Source: Cercozoa sp. M6MM
Lineage: Eukaryota; Protista; Endomyxa: Ascetosporea
Strand: one strand, 5' to 3'
NCBI GenBank assembly: GCA_040357565.1
Contig: JBDODJ010000072.1
Length of the DNA: 57,738 bases
The position numbers and the translations under genes were made by a program. The notes under the pieces were generated by a model. That model saw only the letters and a program-made list of their open reading frames with translations. It made no database searches and was not told where the DNA came from. Positions 1-12,043 of this stretch are shown here, piece after piece. Every line of letters begins with the position of its first letter. Position 1 is the stretch's first letter.

Positions 1-46
<46 letters not shown>
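1..46 (+). repeat. (TG)n microsatellite in HGD intron
   Basis: Perfect dinucleotide run at the window edge. Confidence 0.95.
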
Positions 47-47
<1 letters not shown>

Positions 48-67
48 CATGATATCATTCCATGCAG

Positions 68-1599
68 CGAGCGAAACACTCAAGCCGAACCGCATGCGAT
101 GGAACCCGCTGCCACTTGATGCCGACAACAAGGACTTTGTAGAAGGTACCCTGCTGTGTGTATGTGCCCTACCAGTCCACCTACATCCTGGGAGTGTACA
201 GGCCTCGTGACCTACTGCGGCGCTGGCACGCCCGAGATGAAGAGCGGTCTCGCTGTGCACATGTACACGTGCTCGCGCTCCATGCAGCGCCGTGCATTCT
301 GCAACTCGGTGCGTTCCCCGGGAAGGAAGTGTCTATGTCAGGTGTGTATGCATATGTGTTATGTATGTTGTGCCTGCAGGACGGCGAGATGCTGATCGTG
401 CCGCAGGAGGGCACTCTGCTGCTCAAGACGGAACTCGGCCTGCTGCGGGTGCCGCCGGGTCACATCTGCGTTATTCCGCGCGGCGTGCGCTTCCTCGTGC
501 AGCTCACGGTACCGCTCTCTCTTACCCCCCCCCCCCCCCTCCAGACTACTGATTGCGAGCAGGAGGAAGGCAAGGCTGTGCGTGGCTACATTTGCGAAAT
601 CTTCCAGTCCTCCTTCATTCTGCCCGACCTGGGCCCGATCGGTAGTCATCAGAGCTACACGTAGTGCGACACGTCGTGTATGTTGTTGTGCCTGGGGTAG
701 GTTCTAACGGTCTGGCCAACCCGCGCGACTTTGAGACGCCCGTGGCGTGGTACGAAATCGAGGACGCCGAGTGGCAGCTCGTGCAGAAGTTCGGCGGCTC
801 GCTGTTCGAGGCCGCGCTGGACCACTCGCCCTTCGATGTCGTGGCCTGGTACCTAGCTTTGGCCTCCTGTGAAAGACACGTGATGTTCCCGGTGCAGGCA
901 TGGAAACTATGTGCCGTATCGCTACGATTTGGCGCGTTTCTGTGCCATCAATTCGGTCACGTTCGACCACCTGGACCCGTGCACTTTCGTGGTTCTCACG
1001 GCCCCCTCTGGTACGATTTAGTGTGTGCATAAGACGGAGGGTAATATTCATCGTGTTTCCCTGCAGGCGAGCCAGGCGTGGCTGTGTGTGACTTCGTGAT
1101 CTTCCCGCCTCGCTACATGGTGCAGGAGCACACCTTCCGTCCGCCGTACTTCCACCGCAACTGCATGAGCGAGTTCATGGGCAACATCCGCGGTACCATG
1201 GCCGTCTTTTAAACGCCAAGGACCAGAAGTGATGCCACTTGGGCAGGTGTGTACGAGGCCAAGCTGGAGGGCTTCCTGCCGGGCGGTGCCACGTTGCACT
1301 CGATCATGGCGGCACATGGCCCCGATGCCGAGTGCACCGAGGCCGCCATGGAGGCCGAACTGGTGCCTGTCAAGTCTGACCCGGTATTCCCTATACCTGC
1401 AGACGTTTCTGTTCATTGCACTGTATTTACTGAGCCGCACAATGTGCAGAATGCCCTGGCCTTCATGTTTGAGTCGACCTTCCTGCTGCGCATGACCAAG
1501 TTCGCACTGGAGAGCGGTCTCGTGCAGGAGAACTACACCGACTGCTGGCAGGGCCTGCAGCGACACTTTGTGCCGCCTGCTGAGGAACAGGACAGCTAG
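68..1599 (+). CDS. HGD: Homogentisate 1,2-dioxygenase (5'-partial; 8 complete introns, donors at 146, 309, 509, 642, 849, 1011, 1193, 1384)
   Basis: Spliced exons read [17 protein letters not shown]|[29 protein letters not shown]|[19 protein letters not shown]|[62 protein letters not shown] and LAFMFES, all hallmark HGD motifs. Junctions are GT-AG and the gene ends in TAG at 1597-1599. Confidence 0.97.
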
Positions 1600-2005
1600 A
1601 ATTTTCGTCGGCGTCTGTTCTCCCGCCCACATTGAATGTTATCTTCCTCTTGTGTGACGGTGGTCACATAGATCGGATGCGACGGATATCGATCCGCGCC
1701 ATGCGTCGCGCATCCGATACATTCGATTGCAGTTGCCGGTGTCTTTAGCCAGTACGGTATGCGGTGGTAGTAATGTGACGTAGGGACGTATAGTAAACGA
1801 ACTTAGCGGAGGGAACGTAAACCTCGAGAACCGGTTTTGAGTCATCGCATGCTCTTGTGACCCACCCCAGACTGGTGCAGGGGAACTAAGTTTACATAGT
1901 TGGTTTCCTAGAAGACTCAACTAACTAACCGTCGCGGCGGCCATGCCTCTCGATACAGTACCGTTTGGTAAATGTATTAAAGTTGAGTGTGCTAAAGGGT
2001 TTGTC

Positions 2006-5000
2006 TCAGTGTGGCTCGGAACGTCTCAAATTGTGCTTTGCATTTCGCGTCTTGAGTGCATTGATGTTGGATTGAACGAAATTGCTGCGGCGTACGAGGA
2101 GTTTCTTCTGTTCCGACTCCTGCAGTCTGAGGAGCGAGCGTCGGCGCAACCCAAAGTGTGAGGGTAAAGCGCGCTTATTGACGGGTCGGTACAAAGGGAG
2201 GGCTCCACCAACTCGAAACGCCACTCAAAACACTCTGTCTCGACGACAAGCTCGCCGAAGAGTGGTTCGCCGACGTATTCAGTTGACTGCGACCATGATT
2301 TAATTCACCATCGTCAAAGTAATAAGTTGCATCAATACCACAGCATGATTTACCTCAAACGAAACAACAAACTCGGTGCCTTGCGAAGCATCGATGCTGC
2401 CGTCTGCGTTGACTGTCACTGGCGGCAGTACGCCGGATGTGGGATGCACCGCAAAGCAGTTCGGAGAGTTTCGTGTAATGAAAGCTCGGAAGTTCGCCTC
2501 ACTGTCTTCGTGATTGCAAAGAACGAAGCGCATCGATTTGGTCTCGCCTATCGGAGCTACAAATACGTTCGGATTAAGAAATAGCTGTGTCCACCAGATT
2601 CTGCTGCGAAGTTCACCTCACCTTCAATGCGCAAAGACGAGTCGACTTTCGCCGGTGCAACATGGAATTTGATAGGGAAGGTCCAACGTGCATCCGTCGG
2701 AGCTTTGACGACAAGGTCTAGCTCATGGTCACCAATGAAGCTCTTCAACGGCTCGAAGCGCAGATCAAAGCTAGACTTGCAATTAAAATTAAGACGCGTT
2801 ATGGACAATTGTTGAAACAACTTTCGCAAGATGTAGATGTAAATTACACAACCTCGGACGAAGTGAGCAAGCTTTTGTTCTCAGGTACCACAGTAAGCCA
2901 ACCTCTGCAAGGACAACGAAATGATTGAACTCCGTCGTGCCAATTTACAGGTTTCAAAACGTACAGTTCCATCGCTTGCTGCACGGCTTCGCTGTGAGTT
3001 TCGAGTGAGAATTGCAGGTGTCGCGCGGGTCCGTCGAGCTCTTCTGCCTCCTTCGTTGCTTCGAAGAGACCCGGCAGGTCTAAATGAATTTTCTTGTGCA
3101 AGCTGTCTCGGCAGTGACACTTGACAACAATAGCTTCCTCGTGCCGCATCTCACTAATGCCTTCAAGATCGTAGGTCCACGAAAAGTCTTCGGCCCCAAC
3201 AAACTCAGAAGAACGCGGGTCGAGTGATACCACGACCTGCGCCCTGTAGGCAGCCATCTGTGCTGGCACAAACAGCAGCGGCAGGTCGAGCGATCCATTT
3301 GGAAGCAACGGCACTGAGTCGAGCCGCCTCGACACGAGCTTGAAGATGGGATTTCCTACTTTGTCGTTGGCCGTGATGGCAACAACGTGACCCGACGGAC
3401 CGCGTGTTTTTTGAATCGTCAGGTCTTTCGAAATCAGCGAAACGTTGATATGCACCGACTGTGCGAAAGGCGAGACAAAATGCAGCAAATGGGACTGTCT
3501 TTCGTTCAAAGCAGACATCAGTGCGACTTTCTTCGTTGGACAGGACACGAACGCCACGTAGTCACCAACCTAAAAAAAAGTTGTAAGTTGCACACCGGAA
3601 TGTGTTGTTGTTTGCCAGTTCAAGGGCTACGCCAATTGCGATTAAATTTACAGCATCAGCGCTTTATGCTTCCAAGGGCACTAAATTACCTCGTAGAACT
3701 CTCCTTCCAGCGACTCAACCATCGTGCGCTTGAAGTTGCTCCTCAGGTCCAGGAATTCGTGGGCCAGCAGCGGTCTTCCAAATTGGGCATCAGAGGGTCT
3801 GCCGCCTTTCAGCGAGCAGCGTACTTCCCAAGCACCGATGCTGTCGGATCGAAGGTGGATCTTGTTACGTACTTCAATGTTGTACATGGTTGGCGCGTAT
3901 TCGATGGGAACAGAGACAGTCGAGAAAGCAGGAAGTTTGAGGCTTTGACTCGGAGCGGCGACTCGAATTTGCTTCTGACGATTCGGAGCGACCTTTACGA
4001 CTGTGTCTTTCTCCGACGGATTCGTGAGTGTCACTGCATTTATCAAGAAGAGACGTGACCCAATGGGAACGTCCATCGTCGGAATAACGAGCGGCTTCGC
4101 TGGAGTACACGAGCATTCACAATCGAACCAAAAGTCGCCAAGCTCGTCGTTGGAAAAGACGATTTGGCCGCGCCACGACCCTACCTTGAGCGGTGCGAAC
4201 GTTAGTTCATATTCAATGCTTTCATTGGGGCCCAGGTTCACGGCAGCCGCGCCTAGGAGGCCACGACCGTCGATCGTACATTTAAGCTGCTGCGACTGTG
4301 ACGTCGGATTCTCCAATTGAATGCGGGCGACTTGAGCCTGCCTGTGCTCTGCCTCCAGCATTAGCGTGCCTTCGGATGCGGCTCTTTCAGCACGAAATGC
4401 GAGCGAAATCCAGAAAAAGTGCCCATTGTGTGGCGCTACAAACGACAGGGCTCCGTTGAAGGTGCCGCTGGCATGCGGTGTCACAATGATCTCGTACTTT
4501 GCCACATTTGGTCCCGTTGCGGACTTGAAACCCTGCAATTGGCGAGCACCACCGATGAAAGAACAACCTGCAGTCTCGACATTCAAAGTAACTTCTCGCG
4601 AGCCCGGCTCGAACATGTCATCTGGAACGGTCACTTTTAGGACAGCCTTGCTTGTCTCGCGCACTCGGCACTGAATCTCCACCGACTGTTGTGCCATAGG
4701 CTCGAGCGCTATGCCATGAAGCTCGAAGGCGTATTGCTCCTCTCCGCGTGACAGTACCAGTTCTGCCTTCTCTGTCAATAAATTATGGCATGAAAGTCTG
4801 TCAGCAAAAAACAAAACAAAACTGACACAGATAGATACAGGTAGGGTACCTTCCCCAACCCATGTCGGAGAAAACTGTAGCGTATACTCCGCGGAGCTTT
4901 GAGGCGGGACTATGAGTTCTGACGGACCAGAAAATACTCCACTCGAGCTTGGCTGTGTCAGTGTTGCAAGAAGTTTCCACTCGGTGTCACTGCCGTTCCA

Positions 5001-8000
5001 GATGGGGATGTGCTGCTCCACTACTTTGCGGCACGGAGTTTCCATACGCAGTAGCGAGCTCGAACCTCGGGGAACCACAACAATGTCGATCTCGTACACG
5101 CGGATATCAACTCGCGACATCAGAACAACCTGCCCCGTAAATCTGCCAGGAGGAGCGTGCTGACGCAGTTTCAAGCAAAATTGTCGGGTGGGAGGACTGT
5201 CATCGACTCCGACCACCGAGCGCAATCGAGCGGGCACTGCCACGAAATCATTGACCGTCGAGTTTTCCGACGAGACAGCATCAGGGTCATATGGTTGGAG
5301 TGCGCACTCGAAGAAGGGAGATGAGCACACGCACTCGATGTCGTCCTGCGGCAGTGGCTGCCTAAGCTTCTCGAGAGCGGCGGCTCGATCTTTGCGAGGC
5401 ATGTCATCAACAGAAAGAGCACGGTGAATGTCAAGTGTGACATTGTGTGGGCGCACAGGCACAATAACTGTGAGATCCTCCCCATGTTGCACCTTCGCAG
5501 TAATTGTGCCTACAGCTTCTGGCATCTCGGGCTCGCCCTGAAGCGAGACCATGAAGGCACCGATGGACGGGTTTTGCAACCACAACTCAGCAGTGCAGAT
5601 CTCCGGTTTAAGCGGAACCAGTTCAAGCAGCACCTCCGCCGGCCCACCTGCCTCGATTCGAAGCGTTGGCTTTTGCTTCAGCCGGAAAGGAGCCGGAAAG
5701 CCGAGTCGATCGTCCTCGTTCTTCAATTGCAACTCGAAAGAATGAACGCCTTGCCGACCAAGCAAAACGCCTTCCGGCACTTTTAGAACAATGTCTTTTC
5801 TGTCGTATAACTGGCACTTAGCGTCGAGTTGCGTCAGCGGCTGGGCGCCTTCAATGACGCACCTTAGCTCAAACACAAGGGTGCGCGTTCGAACTGGTCT
5901 CAACTCTCCAGCGGCTGCCTGCTGGAGCAACTCGCTTGAGCTGCTAGAGTTCACGACTGGCTGTACGATGACGAGCGCCGGCACAGGATTGAAAAATCGC
6001 GGACAGCACCGAATTTGAATCGCGCTACTCGATTGAGGCTTCAAATCGATTTTCTTTGAATTGGTTGTGCCATCGTCGAATGAAAACGGCAGCATGCCCT
6101 TTGACAAAGGCACGAAGGTGATACTATACCGCAAAGGCACTGTCGACTCGTTGGACAACTCTATCTCTTTCGCGCTCGTCTCGTGCAGCAACGACTTGAA
6201 TGTGAAGGTACTGCAGGGAACCAAGTCCGGCAATTTCTCCAGCAGGAATAGCGTGAATAAAAGCGACGTTGATGCGAGCGGCGCAGCCAGCTCCTCGGCC
6301 GTGAGTGACATATCATTGATGTTGAGATCGTGCATCTGCTCCAAAAGATTCTCTGCATTCTTCAAGTCATCCGCATTCTCGCAATCGAAGTTTTCCATGT
6401 CGACTTGCTGCCAAGGAGCGTATTCCTTGATGGCGCAGCTCCAAACCTGCGGTCTTATCGAAGCAAAGTCCACAATCTTTGCATCAGGCCAAGAAGGAAG
6501 CTTGTGCTTTTCGTAGCAGTACTGCAGCCAACGAAGAAGCACGTGCTCACCAAGACTGTAAACATTGCTGTCGGTGACAGACTGCCCGAGATCATGGAAC
6601 GTTGGAGGAGACTCCTTTGCAACCGCCTGAAGCGTCGACGTCGAAACTCGGTCAAGGGCGAAAACCTTCACAACTTGCATGAGGAGCGCCGTCCAAGAGT
6701 GGACCAAGAATGCACTGTGAACTTTCGCCAGTGCACGTCGTCGTCGATGCAGCGCGCGTTGCGACAGAGTTACGTTGCCATCAGTCAGATCTTTGAGTTG
6801 CACTTGGACCGATTGCGGAAGTGACATCACTACAAGTTTATGCACGGTTTAAATACAATTGAGTACCGGATCGTGTTTATGGTCAACTTATTTGTGGACC
6901 AAACTTACAGTGCTCAGGTTGCACAGCAATCGCTGAGCCACATGCCTTTAAGGCAGTGACGATCCCAGCGTAGTGACGGTACATCCTCAAACCATCCTTC
7001 ATTTCGACACTCGCTGCACATCGCGCAAGCGCAGCCGGACGCTTAATTACGTCCTTATTTAAACGAACCCTCTCTGAAAGCAAGAGAGCAACAATTCCCC
7101 AGCCACCGGACTGCACGAGATCTTGTATGCCCTGCTTGACTACACGTGAGTGCTTTTGTTCTGTAGCTGAGCTTGCGTTGAGTGCCGGAACGAGGCCCGA
7201 AGCATGACCAAAGCGCAACAACATCGATGGAATGCGAGGTGGAAGCAAAGGGGGAGGCGCGGGTTTTTGAAAGCCAGAAAATGTGCCAGAGCTAGCACTA
7301 CTGGCAATCGAGCTCGAGCCAAGCCAACTCATTCCTCCAAATTCGCTGACCGGTTCTTCGCCGACTTGGTCTTGCTCGACTTCGCGTAGCTTTGTAACTA
7401 CGAGTGCTCCTTCATGTCCATACGACTCCTGAATCTGTGTATCGTACTGGCATAACCACTGTTGCACGGTGAGCACGCAGTTGTCGGCGACGGCGGTGAC
7501 TGCAATCGAATAGAAGTGAAAATATCTCAATATGAATTTACACGCAGTTTCGTCATAGACGTACCCGGAAGTCGACAACTCTTGCCAAAGTTGTCCACGA
7601 ATGACACTTCCGTCGAAATGCACAACGGACGAGCGGACACAAAGCTGATCTCCACCGGAATGATAGACTTCAAGGCACGACCCATGTGACTGCCATCAGG
7701 AAAAGAGACTTCGATCGGAACTGGAACCGACAGCGACTTGCCTTGGCCGTCTGTGATGTTCACATTGGGGATCATCGCCTTCACATCCACAGAGTCGTAG
7801 CCGCAATTTCTGAGCAACGCCACTTGCGACGCACGCACTCCGAGCGGAACGGCTTCAAACTGAACAGCCATCCTGTCCACGAGGAGGTAAGGAAAGTACG
7901 CCTCTCCTTGCAAATGCAGCAACAAGTAATTCTCCTCGTGGTTTTGGAGCTTGAGGCCTAGAGTTTCGCCGAATGCACGACTTTCCTTAGGATCTACGGG

Positions 8001-11000
8001 CACATACAGGTACATTCTATCAGACGCACACAAAACCGTTTGGCAACCAAACTTACTGAACGTGACAGTGACAACCTTCTCTTCGCCGGGTTGCAGTACA
8101 CCTTCAGAGGCGTCCAAAGCAAAGACGCTGTCATCAGCAAGTCCATCGATGCGCCACCTTAAGGGCAGATCTTCGTTGCTTTGAAGTGCGAATTCCTTCT
8201 CGTATCCAGAGAAATTCGGCGATGTGTTCACCACGACCGAACGAAAGTTGACAGCGGAGTGTGATAGCAGGATTCGCGCACGCTCGCCGACTGCGCGCAG
8301 TTTGGTCAGCAGAGAACTTTTCGCTGGAACACCGCTCAAAACCAAAGGCAACTCAAAGCACACACGTCGCTCCTCCAAAGGCCGATAGCATAGTGTCAAA
8401 ACAATCTCAGATCGAGGTTTGAGAAAGAAGCGGTAGTAGATTTCCCCATCACTCGCGTCCGATCCGGCGGAGGAAAGGGGCTTCCCCGAACCGATTGAAT
8501 CGCTTGACTGTGACAGTGAATCGCGACGAGTGCGGAGGTCGCTACTGTCCACTGAACGGCTGATTTCTGTGACTGGGCACTCGTCTGGGTTTCCGAAGCG
8601 CGCAACGTCGCTCAGTTCACTGTCGTACTTTAAAGTAAACTCTGGCCACGCCTGCAAATCCAAATAGAGAAGAGCCGCCACGTTGCCATCGTTTCTTAAA
8701 GCGATTCGCTTTTCTGCTTGATCCTGCGTAAATTTACACACTCACAATGCGTTTTAGCGTTCTTATAAACATACAAGTATCTTACTCCGATGACGACATG
8801 TCCAAAGGAAATTTCCTCTTTTCTCACGTGCGCACCGTCGCTTTCGGCGGCAAGCAAAGAGACGTTCGGTACTACAGCTCGCCCGACGATTCGATGCGTG
8901 AGCGTTGGTCCTCCTCTCACTTTTATTTGAATTTCCTCGTCAATGGCGCGGGCTCGATCGGGCTTGCAGATGACCGTGATGGGACCATGGTTTGCTTCAC
9001 TTGGGACAACACCACTTGCTTGAGAAATGTTGAGCGCGGAATTCTCCGGAAGAGATATTTTAAACGCAACTGGCCATGCGCAAGCGTTCTTGAGGTCGAA
9101 TGACGCCCGGCCCTCTGTTCCGACTGCAAAATCGCCCAGTGAAGTGGTTCGGGCGTGCGAAGGTTCGGTCGGGGAAACCACTTCAAGTGTCGACTTTACG
9201 TTTTTTGTACTCGAAATGAGCCGAACTGCAGTGTCTACAACCACCATTGCTTGAAACTATATTTAGACAAACAAAATACGTAGCAAAAACGTTACCCAGG
9301 CCGTTTTCTACTTGAAAGCGAAGGCACGCCTCCAGCAATTGTAAATTCAAGCCTGACGCGGCTGCTACCTTGGCGTGTTCGGCGCCGCCAGCGGTCGAAC
9401 TCGTCTTTGAATCTTCAGAAGACTCCTCGTTTTCGGTAAAACCATGGCGAGGCTCAAACGTGACCATCATGTATGCAGTTTCACCGGCCTTTAATTTTCC
9501 GTTTGATGGAGAAACTGTGAACATTTTGGCAACACAACCGCCGACTCCATCATCAACAATAGCGGAGAAACTGGCCACCGCGTTTCCTGGGTTTGAAATC
9601 CTCAACTTTCGACAGCACACGAATTCTGGACTTTGTGGAGAAAAATCGAACGACAGCTCATCTGTTGCACAGCTCAAGGTGGCAGGCACAACGCGAGCCA
9701 AGACTGAAAAAGAACGCCGATGGTGTTTGTTTACAACAAAGTGGATTTTCTTTTCGTGGTCGCAAGGTTCAGAGGCAAAAATGTCGACGTCAAAGCTTGC
9801 TGTGCCACCAGGAGGTATCACTTGTGCTCGAGGGCAAGACTTTTGCAACGGATTCTCTCCGCTCGACAGCTCGCCTTCCTCCCAAAGCACCTCGATGTGA
9901 ATTGAGCCTTCCAGAGGATTGTGAACCCGAAAGTAACGCACGTTTTGCCTTGAACCGACAGTCAGTTGACCAAACTCAATCGTTCGTGGTCCAAACTTGA
10001 TCTGTCGCAGCTGCTGCGATCGAAGCTGCAACGAACAGTCATGGCACTCCGCCGACGTCATTGGTTGCTCTGGGTACACTTTGTGTTCGATCGATTCATC
10101 TCTTGCTGTGAACTGCTCACTCGTAGACTTTGCCCTCCACAAGGCAGCAGGGGACTCGGGTAGCTCAATTCTCGCAGTCAGAAGCGACTCACGACCCTCA
10201 AGGTACTCAAGGTGCAGATCAGCATCGTCTTGAATTTCTTCCATCGACTTGCCTTTCATACGCCCGTGGGCTTTTGTAGACTCTCCCCATCCCTTGCGCT
10301 TCCATGGAAGTGATTTTTTTGGCAAGACCACGCGAGGGATCTTCCGATCTGGAAGCAGGCTTTGCCACGACTCGCCGAAGATACGAAGCTGGGTGGAACT
10401 TCCGGCGTTGCCGCCTGCATCTTCAGTTGAGAAATGCGCAATTGCCGAAAATTGCGTCGAAAATCCTCCGCTGTCCGGTAATTGGTGTTTGAAACCTCGC
10501 GGAAATGGACGAGGACGGGGCTTGAAGCAAATGCGCACTGCAGTCGACTGAAAAGCCGATATCTTTCCCTCAAACGGGATGATGTTGATATCTTCGTCGA
10601 TATCCTCGCTATCAGCGTCCTGAGAACCGTCCTCGGCACTAGAGGAGCTGCGGTCATCGCCGACTTGACTTTCTTTGGCGTCTTGCTTTATTCGGCGCAG
10701 AGACGCTTGGAATGTCAGGTCAGTCGGCGAATCGTTTACCAACTGCACCGTCACTTCTCGCTGGTCGTTGACACGTGTTCGCTTGAATTGCACGATGTCG
10801 GTCGGGGTTTTTCTGAAGGTGGTGAACAGTCGCTGAGCCACAATTGTTGCCGAAACTGGCAACACACGACTCGTGGTCTGCTCTACATCAGCTTCTCCTT
10901 TGAAAGATAACTCAAACAGCTGAAGCAATTCTCCAATCTGCTCTTCTTCTGCGCACAAGCAAGGGACTTAAACATAACCTTGGGGTTTGATGAAGGCTAA

Positions 11001-11899
11001 GGGGAATTACCATGGATATCTTCCGAGAGTTCGACTGTCAAAGTTACCTCTTCTCCGCTTTGTAAGCACTGTTTCAACGGCGAAACTGTGAAAAATGACG
11101 GCGCAGTTTCCGCGGCAGTCTCTGAAGGCTTCACTTCAAGCGAAATTGGGACGTTTCCAGTGTTTTGGACGGTAAGCTGGCGGTATTCCTGTATTATGAA
11201 ACCAAATAAGCATCATTTTGCATCTACGCATTCGTGTAAGTATACCTTTTGCTGGTTTCGCTTCGAAACAAGACCGAAGTCAAGTGCATCAGGCACAGAT
11301 ACGGCGATGCGATTCCAGAGAAGAGCGGATATTCGCACCTGCATGGTCTCGACGGTAGCAGCCTCTGTTTCAGCCGCGATGACAACATTAGTGCTTCTGA
11401 CAGATGTGTTTTTGGTCCACGTCTTTTGCGGTCGACATATTGCCTGCAAACGAACTGTCATTCCCGGTGCTAGCCTGCACACGCCGAGTGACAAGGACTG
11501 ATATCAAAAGTTGTCACTGGAAATTTCTGTCAATTTTTGTTCGTACGTAGACCACGGCCGTTCTTGGCTCAAGCACAAGTTGGGATCGCAGATCCCATCT
11601 CGCGCGTTGGTTACCCGCAAGCTTCGGGGGACTCGACCTGTGTTAGTAATTTGGATATCCTGTGTGAGTTCCTTGTCGCTACAACTTTCGCCTGTCCAGT
11701 CCTTGAGGTCAAAGAGAACGATGTCGGTGGACACCTGCAGATCGCCGACGCTCAAAACGTCATCATGTAGAACCAGCATCCTGGCACCCAGTCGCTTGTG
11801 ACAACAGCTCGCTAGAGCACTTTTTGGGGCTTGAAACTCCTCAGGTGACCCAGAAAAGCTGTGCATCCGCGAGGATTTCAAAAAATACGAAAAATTCAT
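2006..11899 (-). CDS. CFAP47: CFAP47-like cilia/flagella-associated protein (many ASH/Ig-like repeats plus CH domains); ~14 introns; frame break in last exon
   Basis: Tandem ASH-type repeats (ITNTGRVP, LAPGMTV, LDFGLV, IEFGQL..VHNP, LRNDGNVAA), the segments TAVADN..PEHL and WTALLMQVVKVFALDRV, and a CH domain SNVYSLGEHVLLRWL. The C-terminus reads FAVHPTSGVLPP..GTEFVVSF|STEY..LVVET..W then P.YRP..NFVQSN. ORFs join by GT-AG introns. The start Met is uncertain (11899, 11866 or 11779). Confidence 0.85.
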
Positions 11900-12043
11900 G
11901 AAAGTGTAAAATACCCTCGATGCTGCGTCTAAAGTTGCGTTGTCTGGGGTTTGCGAGGTACCATATCGCGTGAGTTCGTCGTCTTTGTGGTTTGACCTTA
12001 GTTCCTATCAAGGTGTTTTGGAGGATTGCTGTGCGAAACTGAA

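Noticed and set aside
11900-12043. RFX X-box in the CFAP47/CFAP43 spacer
   Set aside because: No GTNRCC-N0-3-RGYAAC match seen.
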